Shown here: positions 24,522-26,912 of the stretch, in pieces
Numbering within the stretch: position 1 is the first letter of the stretch
How the letters are laid out: each line of letters opens with the position of its first letter
Source of the DNA: a virus
Taxonomy: Duplodnaviria > Caudoviricetes
IMG/VR virus record: IMGVR_UViG_3300032327_000745
Coordinates: 1 to 26,912 of that record
Strand: one strand, 5' to 3'
DNA: 26,912 nucleotides
The notes under the pieces: generated by a model
What the model saw: the letters and a program-made list of their open reading frames with translations, nothing else
Told to the model about the DNA's origin: nothing
Databases searched by the model: none
Made by a program: the position numbers and the translations under genes

Positions 24522-25353
24522 CCTCCACTTCACGACCAAACTGAACAGACAAACGATTCGCGGCGGCATAAGCCTTGGCATGCCCCGCGAAATTTTTATC
24601 GTGGTCACCGAACACAATGATGTATTCGGCAATCTCTGGCGGTCTCCACTTCGCCAGCATTGTGCCGTTGATAACCGACCAAACTGGCACGCCGAACATC
24701 CGCGATGCTGATAGGGCTGTTTCAATCCCCTCAGCGATCCCCATCACCTTTGCCGCAGGCATCAGCCTGATCGCAGACCCTTCCGGCAACTTGCCAGCCA
24801 TCACCCGCTTGGTGGGCTGTCCTTCGACCACCCGCTTGGTTCCGTCTGGGTTCAGATAGGTCAGGTGGACGTTCACCGCCTTGTCATCGTGCGTGATGAT
24901 TTTTGACACCATCATGGTCTGCCGATCTGACACATATTCACGGATCGCATTAGAGGGCCACAGGAAGCCCGTTCTGTGTTTCAGGTAGGCATGGACCGCC
25001 CCACCCTCTACAGGCCGCTGGCTGGCCTCCCAAATGCGTTTAATCATCATTCTGTTGGCATGGTCCTGATCATTTGGCACAAAGGTCGGTTTGATGTCCA
25101 AAAACAGGTTGATGCGGGCAAAGGTTTCTTTCGCCGATATGCCCAACAATTCGGACACCAGATCGAAACCGTCCCCATTGCCGCAACCGTTGCACCAATA
25201 GGTTCCGTTGCCGCCCTTGTTGTCATACCGAAAGCGATCCTTGCCGCCACAAACGGGGCAGGGGCAATGCCGTCCGTTCATCCAGTCACCGCCAATGCCA
25301 AAATGGGCGAAGATTTCAGACCAGCGGTTCGTTGCGTGTTGTTTCGTTGTCAT
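24460..25353 (-). CDS. Primase: P4-alpha-type Zn-binding domain plus Toprim
   Basis: HCPCPVCGGKDRFRYD...WCNGCG; IAEGIETALS; VFGDHD; GDWND. Confidence 0.9.
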   Translation of the reverse strand: MTTKQHATNRWSEIFAHFGIGGDWMNGRHCPCPVCGGKDRFRYDNKGGNGTYWCNGCGNGDGFDLVSELLGISAKETFARINLFLDIKPTFVPNDQDHANRMMIKRIWEASQRPVEGGAVHAYLKHRTGFLWPSNAIREYVSDRQTMMVSKIITHDDKAVNVHLTYLNPDGTKRVVEGQPTKRVMAGKLPEGSAIRLMPAAKVMGIAEGIETALSASRMFGVPVWSVINGTMLAKWRPPEIAEYIIVFGDHDKNFAGHAKAYAAANRLSVQFGREVEVRIPEEVGDWNDVWSTDQGH

Positions 25354-26822
25354 TTGATGCGGCTCTTTGCTTTGACGATGTTTCGGTGTCTGATCCAGCT
25401 TAGGGTCGCTGGCGATGGTGGGAGCGAGAACTTGTCCATGCCATTGGCAGGAGCAACCCCGAACTTGTCCTTGTAGCTGTGATAGGCCCAGCCGCTCTTG
25501 AAGCCGCGCATCTCAGCGTATCCAATCAATTCGCAATAGAATTTTGACTTCTCGTCCATCGTGTAGGCCGAAGCCTTTTTCTTGCCGTCCCGACCCATCT
25601 CGACTAGTTCGCCGTCGATATGATCCACCTGATCAAACGGCTTGGGCTTTGCGCCGCAATGCGGGCAGGCATAAACCTTGGCTGGGATCAGGTAGGTGCA
25701 AGCCTTGCATTCGCGGGGTAACTTCTCTTCCTTTTTGCGGGGTTCGGCTTTCTTCTTTGGCTTACCATCATCCAGCGTGGTGTGGTGGATATCGGTGACA
25801 AATCCCAACCGCAGGGTCGTGTCGCTATGGTCGAGGATCAGGCAATGGTCTTTCCCCTGCGCTGTCCGAAGCCCCCGACCGATAATCTGGGTGTAAAGGA
25901 TTTCACTTTTGGTCGGTCGGGCAAGGATCACGCACCGCACATCCCAATCGACCCCAGTGGTCAGAACGCCCACGTTGCAGACCACCTGCACCGCGCCGCT
26001 GGCAAAGTCATCAGCAATCCGCTTGCGCTCGTCCAGTTCGGTATAGGCATCGAGATAGGCCGTCTTGACCCCAGCCTCCTGAAACTTCTTTTCGATATTC
26101 TGGGCATGGGCGCGGTTGACCGCAAAGCACAGGGTCGGTCGGTTCTGCCCCCGCTCCAACCATGTCGAGACGATATCGGCAACCAATGGGGCTTTGTCCA
26201 TCGCCACACCCAACTGCTTCTGGTCATAATCGCCTGCAACCGTCTTCACACCGCCAAGGTCAGGGTGGCTTGGGGCCATCACCTTGAAGTCGGACAGGTG
26301 GCCCTGATTGATCAGTTCCTGTGTGGTCGTGCCGATGATCAAATCATCCCATAGCAAACCCATGCCTCTGGCCCAAGGTGTCGCTGTCAGACCGATCACA
26401 GGCACATTGCGCCAATCGGGATGGTTAAACCAGTCGTGGTAAAACTTGAACGTGACATGCGCCTCGTCGATGATGATCAGATCGGCCTTTGGTATCACGC
26501 GGTTCTGAAGGGTCTGGACCGAGCAAACCTGCACAGGCTGGCGATAGTCCGTCCGCTCGTGCATAGCTTGGATCACGCCAATGTCCCAGATGCCGTTCTG
26601 CTCGAACCGCTCGACGGTCTGGTCAATCAGGCTGATCGCTGGAACGCAGAACAAAACCTTCTTGCCCTTGTCCTGCGCCATATTGACGATAGCGGCGGCG
26701 GCAATGGTCTTGCCAGCACCTGTCGGCATCTGGAGAACTGGACGTTTCTTACCGCCAGTCAGTGAACGTCTGACATGCTGGATGGCTTGGTCTTGGTAGT
26801 CTCGTAAATTCATCGTTGTCAT
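25350..26822 (-). CDS. SF2 DEAD/H-box helicase (ResIII-like) with C-terminal Zn ribbon
   Basis: LRDYQ, PTGAGKT, IIIDEAH, GLTATP, VLTTGVD, QIIGRGLR, CKAC...CPHC. Confidence 0.93.
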   Translation of the reverse strand: MTTMNLRDYQDQAIQHVRRSLTGGKKRPVLQMPTGAGKTIAAAAIVNMAQDKGKKVLFCVPAISLIDQTVERFEQNGIWDIGVIQAMHERTDYRQPVQVCSVQTLQNRVIPKADLIIIDEAHVTFKFYHDWFNHPDWRNVPVIGLTATPWARGMGLLWDDLIIGTTTQELINQGHLSDFKVMAPSHPDLGGVKTVAGDYDQKQLGVAMDKAPLVADIVSTWLERGQNRPTLCFAVNRAHAQNIEKKFQEAGVKTAYLDAYTELDERKRIADDFASGAVQVVCNVGVLTTGVDWDVRCVILARPTKSEILYTQIIGRGLRTAQGKDHCLILDHSDTTLRLGFVTDIHHTTLDDGKPKKKAEPRKKEEKLPRECKACTYLIPAKVYACPHCGAKPKPFDQVDHIDGELVEMGRDGKKKASAYTMDEKSKFYCELIGYAEMRGFKSGWAYHSYKDKFGVAPANGMDKFSLPPSPATLSWIRHRNIVKAKSRIK

Positions 26823-26889
26823 CGTCGGCCTCGCGTGTGTGTGTGCGTTAGTGACTCTTAAAGAAAGTCCTCTTCTGGAGGTATTCTTC

Positions 26890-26912
26890 CTGTATCTGTA
26901 TCTGTATCTGTA
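26890..26912. repeat. (CTGTAT)n hexamer tandem repeat running off the window edge
   Basis: ctgtatctgtatctgtatctgta; a (GT) dinucleotide run also lies at 26835-26845. Confidence 0.85.

Overview
A 26.9-kb segment of a tailed dsDNA phage or prophage. The GcrA-like gene suggests an alphaproteobacterial host (inference). The minus strand carries packaging and head genes in this order: terS, repeat array, terL, a ~4.6-kb accessory block, portal, a polyvalent protein with two ADP-ribosyltransferase-like domains, a K/M/G-rich GG-repeat protein, GroES, scaffold, two conserved head-cluster genes, major capsid, a putative decoration protein and a small GG protein. A plus-strand block of early-type cassettes, KGG protein, GcrA-like protein, adenine MTase and HTH converges on a minus-strand SF2 helicase and Zn/Toprim primase. 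Four observations stand out. (1) The motif TAAGCTATGCC sits in the spacer of five sigma70-type promoters that share an upstream AT dyad and, in four cases, a covarying leader hairpin; it recurs as a ~23-bp-period array at the terS/terL junction. (2) A twin-arginine-signal protein carries a 19/35-identical copy of the scaffold C-terminal tail. (3) An x-[K/A]-x-GG motif is shared by three head-region proteins and brackets the ART domains. (4) A stand-alone RNAP alpha-CTD homolog is present. All calls come from reading motifs by eye; no searches were run.
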